Shown piece after piece: positions 1 to 13,500 of a stretch of DNA of 64,000 nt. The first letter of the stretch is position 1, and every line of letters begins with the position of its first letter. The DNA comes from Bilabrum cf. latius (taxonomy: Eukaryota): the NCBI GenBank assembly GCA_965178125.1, contig OZ237764.1, forward strand, positions 186,001 to 250,000, given 5' to 3'. Both the position numbers and the translations under genes were made by a program. The notes below the pieces were generated by a model that saw only the letters and a program-made list of their open reading frames with translations, was not told where the DNA came from and ran no database searches.

Positions 1-677
1 ATCACCGGTGCTCCCCAGAGTGGGGGCACCCCATTGCTGCCCGTCGCATCTTGGCCTGAATTTCCACCCGTCGCCGCGCTCGCCGACGAACTGCTGCATG
101 TCGGCTTCGGCATCGCATGGATCAGCATGTTGGGCAACAGAGCATCGAACATTTCGTCGAGGAAGGGGATCGTCCACGGTGCCACCCGGGCATAGCCGAA
201 CAGGGCCGCACGTGCTGCCCACGCTGCCTGCTGTGGCGTTACACCACTCTGTAGTGGTTGCTGCAGGCATTTCCAGAGCTCACCATGGTCCTCGGGCATC
301 AGATCGTCCTTTGAGAACCCTGCTGCCGCTTCCAGAGCGCCACGCAGGCCCGATTCCACGTCTGGCGTCGTGGTCGGTTTGAACACGCCCATAACGGCAG
401 CCCCTGCGCCCAGGGAAGCGACCGGCGTGTGGCCGCGTACGCAGCTGCCCAACAGAGCCCGCTGCGCATCTGCCCCTTCTTTGTTTAGCATGTTCACAGC
501 CTCGCGTACGACAGGCTCCGAGAAGCTCGACATGTGTTCAACAGCCATACCTTGAAACACATCGAAAACGCCACCCACAGCGTTCACCCTCCGCCTCACC
601 GTTGGGGCCATACGAGTGGTCATTCGCGCCACGATCGCCCGGCTTTGCTTCCATTGCGCACTCTGCTGGCTGAGCAT
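1..677 (-). CDS. Hypothetical protein, 5' part (runs off the left edge)
   Basis: Frame open from ATG 677 (MLSQQSAQWKQSRAIVARMTTRMAP...) to position 1, with an in-frame TGA just upstream. No family recognised. Confidence 0.55.
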   Translation of the reverse strand, partial: MLSQQSAQWKQSRAIVARMTTRMAPTVRRRVNAVGGVFDVFQGMAVEHMSSFSEPVVREAVNMLNKEGADAQRALLGSCVRGHTPVASLGAGAAVMGVFKPTTTPDVESGLRGALEAAAGFSKDDLMPEDHGELWKCLQQPLQSGVTPQQAAWAARAALFGYARVAPWTIPFLDEMFDALLPNMLIHAMPKPTCSSSSASAATGGNSGQDATGSNGVPPLWGAPV

Positions 678-869
678 TATTTCCTTTATCTTCTTCTGAA
701 TTCCCCTAAGTGAGAGCGCTGGTCTCGCTCAGCTCGTACTCGGAATTGATCCGATCAGTATACCACTATCGGCCCAAACATCACTGTACATGGATGCTCT
801 GTATTCGTCAGTAGGGGTGCCATTGAATCACGGAGCGCCCTGATTCAAGGCCCCTGAAGCTCCTGGCAA

Positions 870-2063
870 TCACTCCACAGGCTCACCCCACGAACTATTG
901 TACGTCTCTGGTGTAAATCCGGCGAGCCCCCATTTCTCCTTCATGTCCTGCAACGTGGGCCCCCCCCCGTCTGCGGCACCAGACTTCTCCTCCTTTTCCC
1001 TCTCCTTCTCCTTGCCCCCTTCATCTGCAGCAGCGTCGTCGGTCGCCCGCATGCCAGCTGCCTGGCGACTATCCACGTCCTCTGCCCCCGCCCCCACGTA
1101 CCTGGGATCCACCTCGTCCCCCTTTGGCTGCCACCTCACGTCGCAGCTGATCCTCACCTTGTCTGTCAGATTGGCAGTGGACATGTGCAGCGTGCGCATC
1201 CCGAACACAATCACGTCTCCCGCCCTGTAGTCCCCTGCTACCCACTGGCACTGGCACTGGCCCGCATCACCATCCGGACCCCCCGACGATGGCGAGGAGG
1301 TTGCAACCGCCTCGATCTCGGCGGGGTCCTCAGTAAACCACCCAGTGCCCTGCATCCCCTCCCTCTCCTGGTCCATCGAGCCGTATGTCTCCCGCAGCAG
1401 ACTCAGCCCCGCGCTCCTGTGCGACCCCTTGCACATGGCTAGACCCCCCATTTCAAGGGGCGTGTCCCCCATGGGGATCCAGGTGGTCAGCAACCTCGGG
1501 GAGCCTCGACTCATGTACACGTGGTCCATGTGCGCTCCGGTGAAGCGGCGGCGGGGCACGCCGCGGAGCCACTTGTAGTCAAACGTGAGCAAGTCGTCCG
1601 GCTTTTCCCCCAGCACCGTGGCCACCGCAGCCCGCAGGTCCTCATGCTCCACGCAGGCGAGCACGTCGGGCCTGGCAGTCTGGACCCCTTCCATGAACGG
1701 AACACACCCAACGCCGCACCTCGCCTAGAGCTGAGCGTCCTCCCGGCCAAAACTGTCACCAAAATCAAGTACATCGCCCTTGACTTTAAATTCTTCCAAC
1801 ACCGCCGATCTTGCGCGCAAAACGGCTTCGCGAGGAATCACACCACGCAAGAAAACGAAACCGTCCTCGCCAAAACGCTCGCGGAGGCTAGCACCAGAAG
1901 CGTCTTCTTCGAGCAGCAATGAGCTGTCTGGAATCTGTCCGAGCTTCGAGGAGGGGAAAAGGACCGTTCGCTTGCCGAGCTAAATATGGCGTTTTTTCAC
2001 GACGGCGGATCCATCGGGCTCCGGCACACGCAGGTCGCGACTTTTGCCAACCGCCGCAGCCAT
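870..2063 (-). CDS. Phytanoyl-CoA dioxygenase (PhyH)-family Fe(II)/2-oxoglutarate dioxygenase, ~397 aa
   Basis: ATG 2063 (MAAAVGKSRDL) to TGA 870-872 in one frame with in-frame TAGs at 1980-1982 and 1725-1727. Motifs FGEDGFVFLRGV, TGAHMD (HxD), LLTTWIPMGD, GDVIVFGMRTLHMS (distal His), RISCDVRW. Confidence 0.85.
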
Positions 2064-2159
2064 ACGGGAAGATGCCTATCAAACAATGTAATCAGTGGCG
2101 TATGCTGATATTTTTCAGACTTTGACGCGTAGTTTGTTGCGGTCGCATTTCCACTCATC

Positions 2160-3451
2160 ACAGATGCTAGGAGCAGTCATTCTTGGCCTTTCTGGTCTAC
2201 AGGTGCCAACATGGCGCACGAGACCAGTCCGTCTTCCAGATGATCTTCAACACCAAGAACCGCAAGCAGCTGAAACGAACGTTCACCTCGTGGCTGTGCC
2301 CGTATATCCTACGGGACGCGACTGCACTGCTGAAGTCGAGCTCCAGCACGCACGCTGCCGGTATACTGCGCGAAGCAGAAACGATGCACCCGGTAGCGAC
2401 AGACGCCTGGGCAAAGTTTGACGAGGACTCTGTAGGCATGAAATACCTACAGAGCTGCATCGGTTTGGACAATTCCCGGATCCTCGGCCCTTCGGCCATG
2501 CCGGCGATAGCACGGAGCACCTGGCGAGGCCGAGACGGCCGCCTCATCCTACGATGGCTCACTGGGCGTTACCCTCGGGAAGGGACCATGCACCACAGAG
2601 GAGAACGCTCGGTACAGGCCGAGATGATGCGCGCGGAAGCCACGCACACGGACGTACCCTGGGCACCCACGGCAGTGGGGAGAGCACTATGGATGGAACA
2701 CGTCAAAACGGAGCAGGTGCTGACACAGGAACACCGAGGGGACGCAGACTCCTTGGAGCTCTCTATCGTCCAAGGCACCCTCGAACAACTCCAAGAACGG
2801 TGCCGACGTGCAATCCGACGCTTGTAGCAGAGGGCCAATGAGAGCTTCGGACGAGCCATTGAGGGGTTGTAGTCCTGCCAACTGTGCGTAGCTGAACAAC
2901 TCAGCTCGGGCAGCCCAACAGCCCGAGACCTTGCAATCCGAGCCCACCCGCTCGGACACATACTGAATCCCTCCGAGAACTAGTTCATCGGAGAGTGGAT
3001 GACAGGAACGCTGGGCCGTTGCGCCCTCAGCAAGGAGCTTCAGGTGCTAGAACGCATCTGGGCGAAGGGAACGGCAAGGCTAGCACGCTCCCGGATCTGG
3101 AGCAGGCAACAAGTCCTAGAGGCGGACTATATGGCGGTCTGGTGGCGAGAGGCTGAACGCCTCACGCCTCGCCAGGCCTTCCTCGCGCATGCTCCCTCAC
3201 TGCGGACGTTCGACTGGGTCTGACTCCCAGGAGATCTCAACGCGATGCGCTTAGGACACGGGTCCTAGGCATGTATCGGTCTTAACCAGACCAACTATTT
3301 CTTCAGAGGCCTTTTCAGGTCCTGACTGGCTCCGCCAACGCGGGTACAGCTGGGTCCCCTGTTAAGGTGCGCGTTACTTTGGTGGCAGTCCTCGGATTGT
3401 CTCTGGTATTGAATTGCGTGCGAAAACTCTATTTTCTCTCTCTCTCTCTCT
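2160..3451 (+). mobile_element. Probable 5'-truncated retroelement (non-LTR-like) fragment
   Basis: About 350 open codons (2183-3223, TGA) with no ATG at the 5' end of the frame, read through 3 TAGs. LILRWLTGRYP resembles the post-RT 'LRTGH'-type segment of LINE ORF2. Followed by ~210 nt UTR and a (CT)n tract at ~3436-3451. It sits inside a divergent gene pair whose spacing is far longer than the other pairs. No RT domain or target-site duplication seen; boundaries approximate. Confidence 0.4.
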
Positions 3452-3673
3452 GGTGAAAGCCTGGCCTATTTCCCTGTCTTTGCGCATGGACTAGCCTTGG
3501 AACTACCCACTTGAACTTGAAACTAGCTGCTATTAAGAGCTCCTATCGCCTGAAGTCTGCGTGTGCAACCATTCGTGGCGCTCGTGGTTGGATTGCGAAA
3601 CGTTCAGATAACCAGCTGAATCTTGTGTATAGATCTACATTTTGGCGCGAGTCAAATACAGTTTAGGATAGCC

Positions 3674-6600
3674 ATGGCTGGTACTAGTAGTGAGGCTACT
3701 TGCAGTCGAAACCAGGCTGCCACGAATGGGAGTGGCCAAGAACTAGACCAGCTGATGCGTTCCATTGCAGAGGCAGCTAGAGCGGCCAATATTGCAGCTC
3801 AACAAGGTTCTAGTAGCGATGAACACCTTGCGTCAATCAGTGCAGTGCAGGCTGCCCTGGAGCAGGCCAAGCAGCAGGCCGCCGCACTCGCAGCTGCCCA
3901 GCAACAGCAAGCTGCAGTCCGCACATCACCAAGCCCCCCTTACAGTTAGGATATGGTCCGACCGAATCCCGAACGGCTGGTGTCAAGGGGTGCCAGGACT
4001 TCGCCAGCAGCGAGAAGCCACACCTCTTGCTCGGCCGTCGATTCCGGCTCCGAGTCCACATCCTAGCGATCCCTCCGGATGCGCAGCACCCGCGGGGCCG
4101 AGTCTTACGCGAGCGTCGCCAGCGCCACCGGAGCCAGTTCCCTGGGGCGCCCAGTCAGGAGCAGGGGCGGCGCCTGGAGTGGTGGCGCACGGGCAGGAGG
4201 CAGTGGCAGCGAGGCGCCCTGCCCGTGGAGCCGGGAGACTGTTCCCTCAGAGGCCCTTGACGCTGCCAGTCGGGGTGCTGTGCGGCAGGATCGATCCGAC
4301 AGAGCGATGCATGCCGGAGGGCACGGATGGCGAGCCGCATCTGGCACGGACTCGATGGGTGCCAGCACGGCAGTGTCAGCTGGCCCTGACTTGAACCTGG
4401 AAGCGGCGGTGCGGGCGCTGGGCCCCGCCTCAGTGGCTGGGCTCAGCCCCAGCCCAAGGGTTGGACGTGGCAGTGAGCAGCCTAGAGCGCGGGGCGGGGA
4501 ACACATCCCTGCCCCCACCCCGGGGCGAAACCCAACGGACCCGACTCTCGCCGAAGGGCTGCAGCGTTTTGGATCTGGCAGCCTCTCTGGAATAGCTCAG
4601 GCTCTGGGCGACCGGAATCTGACGGAGGCCGGCTCTGAGTTGTCTGCTGGGCGGGGCACGTATCCGTTGAGCGCAACGGGAGAGATGGGGGATGGTGGTG
4701 TCAGCCAAATCGGGGGCATCAGGGGGCGAGAGAGCAGCGGTCAGGTGGAGGCGGAGAGGGAGAGAGAGCGGGGTGACAACAGCCCCGATCGGCGGGTGTC
4801 GTACGCGTGGACGGGGGTCTCTGAGCCCACGGGTGGCAGGTACAGACTGGAGGACGCCATCGAATCAGCGCTTGACGGGGCGAGCGACGGGGGTCGATCG
4901 GGACTGTCGGACCGGGGAGAGGTGCTGGGGCATGCGGTCGCAAGTGCGGATGGAATGGAGGAGGAGGAGGAGGAGGAGGACCACACGGGGCATGCGCAGG
5001 GGAGAAGAGGGCGACAGCCAGCCGACTCGAGGGCCGGGTCAGATGCAGGGAGCGGCGTGGATGTGGATGTGGACATGGGCGTGGATGTGGATGTGGATGT
5101 GGATGTGGCCGTGCTGGGTGCAGGCAGCGAGGGCGGCCACCCGGGCCCGGATAATGGGCTGGCGAACCAGCTGTCCATGCACATCAGGAGGCATAACAGG
5201 GGCGGGGCTGGGTCCAGCGGCATGCTTGCAGCGGACACTGCGCAGTCGGAGGGCGAGGAGGAGCAAGGAGACGACGAGGATGATGAGGACGGGGCGGAAG
5301 GCGCCAGTGCGGCGGAAGTTGCCTCCATCGCTGCTGCCTCCCTCCGCTCCGGTGCCTTGGCCACCCATGCCTGGGCCAGTTCTTCCTCCCTGCGAGATGC
5401 AGCCATGGCCATGGAGGGAGCGTCAAGGGGGGAGGAGGACAGGCCTGCTGGGAGTCACCCGCACCGCGAGCACGAAGCCACCGCAAGGGCGCGGCACAGA
5501 AAGGCGCCGCGCCGCCGCGCACTCACCGGGGGCGGTGCTTCTTCCACGGCAGCGGGTCAGACGCCTGCCACTGCTCGTGGCGGTGGGGGGCAGGTTCGGA
5601 GGGGCAAGCGTGCTAGGCTGCTGCGCGCTGGTATGGGGGCGCGGCCGACCGGCATGGGTGGGTCCGTGCGGCTGGAAGGCAGAGCTCGGTTGGCGGGTGG
5701 GCGGGGTGCCAGACAAGGAAAGGAACGCGCGGGCTACCAACGGGGATTCCGGTAGTCCCATCGACAGGATGCAGAGACGGGGGCGTGGGGGCCAGTGCTT
5801 CGGGCACGGAGTGCTGCTAACGCATCGCCGAGCACGAATGACGGCTCCGAGCAAGATCGCACAGACAGACAAAGAGATGAAGACAGCGCAGGTCGCAGAT
5901 CCAGGGCTCCATCATCGGACCTCCTTGTGCTGAGCGCGTCTGACCCAGACACGGATGAGGACACGATTGCAAGGAACACAACCGTGGACACTGAGTCGAG
6001 AGCCACTGGCAGGTCCTCCAGACTAGATCAAGGCACTGATGCTGCCAGCGTTCGGGCCCAGCGGGGAGGCGTGTCCCCATCTCGCTCGGAGGCTGCCAGC
6101 TCGGTGCATGCCACGCGCAGCACCATCCAAGGGTGGGTTGCTCCTCGGCGTCGAGGGCGAGGCAGCCATGTCTCCGTCACGCGGGCGAACTATACGAAGG
6201 GTCAGGATGATAGGCAGCACCAAGCTCCGTCATCGATTGCTGCAGCTGCCTCTGACGAATCGCCAAGCCACGGTGCCTCTTCAGAATCCGGCGTAACGCG
6301 CATGCTCTCGCTGGAAGGTTCTTCCATGCGCAGCGTAGCAGTTCATCGCGTACCAGCCAAGTCTTCTGCATCGTCTAAATTGAAGGCCGCACGACTTGGC
6401 TGGGGGTCTACCGTTGGCATCGGCCGAGTGCATCTCCCAGCAGCACATGACCCAGTTGCGATCGGCCAAGCGGTGAGTGGGCACCGTACAACGCACGCAG
6501 GTCGCGCATCAGTTGGCAGATCGGTTCGATCGGCGCATGCGTCGCGCGGGAGCCAAGGAAAGCCCACGGCCACCACGAGCCGTGGCGGGGCCCGCATTGC

Positions 6601-9600
6601 CAGAGCCCAGTCCGAGACGAACCTCGGCCTAGGACTGCCCTCTGCTTCCAGACAACCGGCGGAAAGTCCGGTAACAGCTATGGGTGCAAAACAAGACATA
6701 AACGGAGAAGCAGACTTGTCATAGGCTGGTGGAGATGGCTTGGAAAGCGATGGCAGTGGGGTGCCAGTCGGTGGCGGCGCTGCCCCAGCATCCCCGAGTG
6801 CCAGCGCATGGACGGGTGTGTCTGTCTCTCACCCCTTCGATGGCTCGAGCCAGGCAGGGCCAGCAGCAGAAGCAGGGACAGTGACAGGCGCAGTTCCCAG
6901 GTGGCACTGGCGGGAAGCCGGAAGTCGAGCACGAGGGGGCGGCGACCACCTGTGGCGCGCAACCAATCGATCCAAGAGCGGCACAGCAGGTGCCGGCGAC
7001 ATTCCTCCACTGCAGCTAAGCGATGAAGCATAGAGCACCTCTGGTATAGGCAGCAGCGCCATGCCCTCCTCCTTCCTGGAAGCGGCTCAAATGAGCTCTC
7101 GCAGCAGCGGCCGGCACTAGAGCAAGCATGATCCGAGACAGTCGTTCGAACGCACCGGGCGGCAATCCTCCGGTGCCCACGAGCTAATCCTCTCATCTGG
7201 GAGAATGGGTCATGCCTTGGGGCACTCTGCGAGGCCCGCCCGGCACGGCACGCCCGGGGCCCGTTCTAGCGCCTCTGTGATCGACAAGCCATCGCAGGAG
7301 CTCGTCAGGTCCAGTGCAGCGCGCCTCCACGAGCACAAGAGAAGCAAGGCCAAGACCGCCGGCGGTCGTGCGCCAGCTTCAAGACAGGCCGCCGCCTCTG
7401 ACGCCGCGGGTCTGCCTGTCGCGGCCGATGCTCGCGGCAGGAACGACCCAGCCCCGCTGTCGGCCAGGGAGGGCAGCGCGAGCGGGCTGCTCGTGCTCGG
7501 GCCCGGGCTGGAAATGGGCGCTGTCCCGGAGCACGACAACGATTCGCAGGCGGGCATGATCATCCCGCACTCGAGGGCCTCTCTCGGCCGTTCTGATTCC
7601 GAGTCCGATCGGCGCAGCAGTGGGGGTGACTCTGATGGAGATTTTAGCGATGAATTCGGGCGGCGTGGTCCGGGCGGGAGCCCCGGTGACGGTGTTGGCG
7701 GCATCAGGGACAGGATGGAATCTGGCAGCGGCGGGGCAGTCGGTAGTCCCATCCTGACGGCGCGGGGCCGGCGCATGGCATCGCCGCACGGGCCGGAGCA
7801 GCGGGGTCACATGGAGGGTACCCCCGGAGTGTTGTCCCCGGCGAGGGGGGCCGTCCGGTCGTCTGGCCTGCGCTCCGCAAGCGCTGTAGGCGAGGAGAGA
7901 TGGGGCTCCATGACAGCCGCGGGGGGCAGGCAGCGGAGAGAGGTCAGGGGCAGGCGGGTGTCCTGGGCCCAGCGCTCCGTGGGAGACGGGCGGGGGGATG
8001 ACATCGCGCGGCGCACCGCGGGTGTGAGATTCAAGGGCATGGAAGTCCAGACGCTCGGAGCCGATCGGTCCGAGCCCGTTGGTGGCGATGCAACTAGGTC
8101 TGGCCCTGGCCCCCGTGCCGAGGACGGCCAAGGGATCGACTTTGGCGACCTGTCTCCCCGGATGGATCTGGAGGCGCGCACCTCTGAGTGTGAGGAAGAG
8201 GAAGAGAACGATAGCAAGCAAGAGAAGGGTGGAGCTGAGATGCTCGAGGTCGGGCTGGGTGGTCTGCCCTCGGTCGGGGATAGGTCCGTGTCCTCGGCGG
8301 GGGGGTCTGGTAGACGTGCTGAACAAATGGGCTAGCGAGCTGCATCAGGCGGGAATCCGGGACACAGACGGAGCCGAACTCCGGAGCTGTCGATGCCAAC
8401 GGGTGTGCGCACGCCGGCGGGAGTGTACTCGAGCCGTGCTGGCAGTCCCGCCCCGGCTGGGCTGTTGCGGTCCCCGCTCTCCCGTACCAGCTCCGGTACG
8501 TTTCAGCAGCAGCACACTTTGCACGCGGCACACCCTACCAGGAGCACGAGCATGGACCACAGCGGGCTGGGTGCGGCCTCTCTGGCGGCGACACAGGCTC
8601 TCTCGGAGGGCGGCGAGGGCTCGTTGGACGGGGAGAGAGGGGGCGCGTATGGGGATGACGGGCCGAGGTCCGTGACGGACTCGCCCCCGCCCTCCACGGA
8701 GGCCTTGCAGACCGTCCATAGTGGTGACGCGGCTTCAGTGCCCTCGAGCGCGAGCGGTGTCGGAACCAGGCCGAGAAGAGGTGGAGCTACCGGAGGGCTG
8801 TCCTCCCCTGTCGGTATCCCCAGGGGCCTCCAGTCTCGGGAGGGAAGAGGGTCTCAAGCAGACACGCGGCAGGAGCAGGCCTCGCCCAGCCTGCGCTCCA
8901 TAGACATGTCCCGGAGTCCATTGGATGATGAAGGGCTTGGGCTCGGGCCCGGGCTGGGAACGGACGCTCAGCATAGAACTGCTGCAGCTAACCGGTATAT
9001 CTCGAATGGGGCGACTGGGAAGCTTGGGCATCATGAGTAGGAAGAGGGCGAGGGGCAGCAGTGGGAGCGATCCCATTCTCACTCCGAGTCCCAGTCCCAG
9101 TCGCATGTCACCCTCCCGCTGCCCTGGCGCACCCCCTCGGATGCAAGGTCGCGCTCCCGTATGGACCCTGAGGCAGCCGCCCACAGCATCGTGCTGGAGG
9201 AAGATGCCAGTGGTGGTGAGGCAGAAATGGAAATGCACCGCGGCGGCCATCGGTCTGGCGGTGCACAAAGAGGGGAACAAATAGGGGAACAACGCAGCGG
9301 CCTCCAGCACGCTGGCACAGCTGGCTATTCCGCGGCGGAGCACTCCACAGAGCCCACTGGAATGCTCGCACGGGGTGTCCGGGCCAGAGCTGGACCCTCT
9401 AGTCCCGAGAGCACCAGTAGCGGCAAGCACCGAATCGCGCAGCCCATGCTCACCCGACCCATCCGCGCTGCGTCACATGGAGATGCCGCGCCTTCCCGCA
9501 GGGCAGGCCGATGGCACAGCGAAGACTCCGAGTCCGAGGCCCTGCGGGAGAGCCCGTCGGATGGCGGCCTGGGAGTGGAGAAGAAGATAGAGCTGGGCGA

Positions 9601-10453
9601 GGTGGGCTGGGAAGGACAGGTCGGTGCGGCTGTTGGGACGCTGGGCACCAGCGGGGGCGTTGGTGGTGTGACGAGTGCGATCCGCTCGGGGGCCAATCTG
9701 GCCCGTCGGGCTGCTGGCTGGTGCGGGCATGGCTCGGGGCATGGGACGGGCATGCTGCATGGTCAGGGCAGAGGCAGAGGCCGGGGCCTGGTGTCGAGGG
9801 GCAGGTCAGTGTAGTCGCTGCCTGTGAGGCTCGATAGGGATCGGCTGGATGGAAGGGGCGGGGAGGGGCTCGGGAGGCCGGAATCGGAGTCAGACAACGG
9901 AAAGGGGGGGTTGCAGGTCGGAACTCCAGGCGAAAGGCCGGTCGTCAATGAGGCAATCGACGTGCGGGGGAGCCCAAGTAGACCGGAAGCAGGCAGGTCA
10001 CGGGGAGGCACGCAAGCGGGACTCAGCGCGTATGACGAGTCCACGGATGGACGGTGTGACGAGTGTGGGGACAGCACGTGGTCTGGTACGCTGCATAGCG
10101 GTCAAGGTGCGCTCCCGGGATCGAGACCCGGTGCAGAGAGGGCCGCCATGGGCCAGCCCGTGTTTCTGCCGAGCGGGGGCATGGCGAGAGTGGCGGGGGC
10201 AGGAGCAGAGACAGGTGGCGGAGATGGGGCTGGCAGACACGTCGCAGGTAGACTGCCCCAGCCGTGGGCCGCGCAGTACGAGGAGCAGGGGGTCACCGGT
10301 GGTGGGCCGGGCATGCCTCAGCCGCGCCAGCACCACCGTCACGGTGCCAGTGGGGCCATGGGCAGACTGAGCCGTGGGCTGGGAGTGGGCGCAGCTTCCG
10401 TGCAGGCCCTGCCCTCTGTGGCGGAGAGCACCGGAAGCAGCGTGCGCAGCTGA
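3674..10453 (+). CDS. Very large low-complexity (G/S/A/R-rich) hypothetical protein, ~2259 aa
   Basis: Track ORFs starting 3623, 4079, 5795, 6740, 7205, 8393, 9161 and 9824 share one frame and are separated only by TAG (9 counted). ATG 3674, TGA 10451-10453. Short N-terminal coiled coil (ELDQLMRSIAEAARAA...LEQAKQQAAALAAAQQQQ); no catalytic motif. Confidence 0.75.
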
Positions 10454-10542
10454 ATCGCATGGGTTTCTTTCTTCGTGTTTCAACAACGATAGGCAACACA
10501 GGAGAATGATTGGGTTTTTAAAGGAGACCTGGTTGGGAATGG

Positions 10543-13500
10543 ATGGTCACCGAGGGCCTGCAAGACTCTAGCAGCCTGCTCTCATCACAGGGCCCACTCG
10601 AGGGAAATCGCGAGCATGGATCCCAGTACAACTTGAAGAAGGAGTGGGTCCGAGCACGAACGGCTCATCGCGTTAGCGTGTCGTGCTGGCTGCTCTGGCG
10701 CAGCCTGAGTGCGACCGCCGCAATGTGACGTTGCTCTTGTCATCTGATTCTTGCGACCAACTGGCGCCACCCTTCATTCGGTGTTGTCGTCTGCAAATCA
10801 CGCCTGCAGGATGCCACCATAGGATTTCATGCAGCTTTCTGCTTGGGTTACTCCAATTCAATCAATAGTTTTTGTTGTTTTGGCAATCATTCAGACTCAG
10901 ATCGGTTTGCAAGGTGGCAACAGTGCTGGGCTACGCGTCTGTGGCACACGATGCGCACGTATGAGTGAATCAGAAGTAAACAGCATGCGAGTTGCCCCAG
11001 GCATGTACATAGGACTTTCTGTAGCTTGCTTTGGTTTGCTATGCTCGGCTACTACTAGTGACGTTAGGTCATTGTGCTGGACACTACTCGTGCCAGCCGT
11101 ATCGGTGAGCTGCTTTGCGGACTCCTCGGAGATTCACTGGACCGTGTGCACTTTCCACGACATAGATAATTCCTTTCATATACTCCGAACGATCTCTTGC
11201 AGATGGCTGCTGTATCCCTACTTCAGAACCCAGTCGCTGATTGTGTCGATGCCGGGTGCTTTATTGTACAGGAAGGCACGAAAGGCCCAGTCATTATGTC
11301 CACACAAATTTTCTTGATCGTAGTATCTGTTGCAAATCAGCAAGTTTGGCTCACATTCCACGCGGTCTGTCCGGGCAGGCTGCCTGCGATTGCGTTGATG
11401 GGGCTTGCATGGATCGGTTCCGCTGCCTTTGTGCTTGGGCCAACGATAATTACGGCTTTTCAAGACGGCAACACTGGCGTAACGGTGTGGGCTGTTGCTT
11501 TATGCGCAATAGCTATTGCGCTTGTCGCGGGGATTGCCTGCAGTCCAGTCTTGACGGTAGCCTCGAGCATTTTGGAAGCCGGTCTGCCAAAGGCAACTGC
11601 CCAGAGCAACAAGGAACGCCTCAGCGAAAAAGCATATGATTAGCTCCAATGCTTTGGCATCTCATGCTCGCGACGCTGGCTGACCGTGCTTCTCGTGCGG
11701 GGCCTAATGATCACAACTGTGCTGCTCGCAGCTTGTCTCCTGATTGCGTATGACCTGATTGCTGGGGCCTCTTCAGACCTGCTGCTGCGCTTCATCATAT
11801 ATGAGGATATTGTAGCGACAATTTACACTCTTACGAGTGTACTGCTGGTATCTTCGGCCATATCGCAACTGGTGCAGCAAGTGGCAAAAGCGAAGGATGA
11901 GGCGAACCGGTCCCGCATGCAGCACGTGCGGCAGTTCATCCGGTACGTCTTCCACGAGGCAAGAGTGCCTCTGCAAGCAGTTTCTCTTGGCGTGGAAGAG
12001 ATCGAAGACATACTTCGTGACATCCATAGGGAACACAGGGCGGCGCACCGAGGGTCACACGGGGGCCGCCAGCCGGTCAGCGGATCTACTGGTGAATCGA
12101 TGATCAGCTCGGGATCTATACCCGCAGGACCCCTGCTCTCACCTAACGTATCGATCGGAAAGAACATTAGAAAAGCATCTGGTGGGCCGACCTAGGTGGG
12201 CAGGTCACCAAGCGCCGCCAACCAGGGTGGCGGCGGCGGTGCTCTCGCCCGGATGGGCAACGAGGTCTCCGCCACCAGACCAGTGCGCCGGGCACTGGTG
12301 CCACTGGCCGCCGGAACCGAATAGGTGTCCTTGGCACGAGGTGGCAATATATCTTCGGACACATCCGGCTCCGATGGTACTGCCACGCACGGCACCGCAG
12401 CCTCCGCTTCCTTCGTGCTTCCCGTCGCGCACGGGTCCTCCGATGCAGCCGCAGCGAGATTGGGAGCTAGCGGGGCGGCTATTCCCGATCAATAGACCAC
12501 GGGACATCGAAGGAGCGGGGCTTAGCGGGAAAAGCAAGGCTAGACGCGTTGTTTGCCCAAGCACAGCGTCGCCGTGGCCAAGTCACACCTGCTGGACCTC
12601 ACGTCAGCGTGCTCTGCCATGTGGGACGGATGCACCGCCATGCAGTCCGTGTTCAACGACGTGCTAGACGCCCAGCGCATTTAGGATGGGCGACTGGCCC
12701 TGGTGGACAGGGACCTGGACCTCAGGCAGTTGCTGCGGAGCGCCAGGAGGATCTTTCGACCGGTGGCGCAGACTAAAGGCATCGCTTTGAGGGTTGGTCT
12801 CCTGCGGGACCCCAGGCTGGGGGAGGAGCATAGCTCAAAAGAGCTGACGTGCGACTCAGTGCGGCTATCGTAGGTGATCAACAATCTTATTTCGAATGCA
12901 ATGAAGTTCACGGAGCAAGGCGGGGTCACTGTCATGGCCAAGCTCACCGTGCAACGGGCGGAGCACCACACGGTCCATGATGGAGGAGGGGGGGATGCTC
13001 ACATGACTAGTCTAGACTTGATTCAGAGGAGATCATCGCAATCAAGGGCAGCCAAAACTAGAATGGCGTCGGCAAATTCCGACGGCAGTGCTGTCCGTAG
13101 GGCGGCATAGGACGTTGCGACGGCATCACTGCCGGCTGGTGCTGGACGGCCCAGCCCTACCCGCTCTGTCGCCAAGCCATCGAGTGGGAAGAACGCAGGC
13201 AGCGAGGCTGGCCGCAATTCGGCCAGAGTGGCTCCTAAGACTCACCTGCTGCCGTCCAGGTCAACCTCATCCATGGCTCACAGCCTGCCCAGGCCCTCTG
13301 TCAGGAACAGAGCGAAGACCGCTAACGTGCCTGCGGTCCGAGTGGATGTGCAGCCTGTGGCCCCTGCAGCGCCAGCAGCGGGTATCCTGCCGGAGTAGGT
13401 ATGGTTGTAGGTTGCTGTATCGGACACAGGATGCGGAATAGACACAAAGGATCAGGCGAAGCTTTTTCAGCCGTTCTAGCAGACGAGGCAAGGCCTCGTT

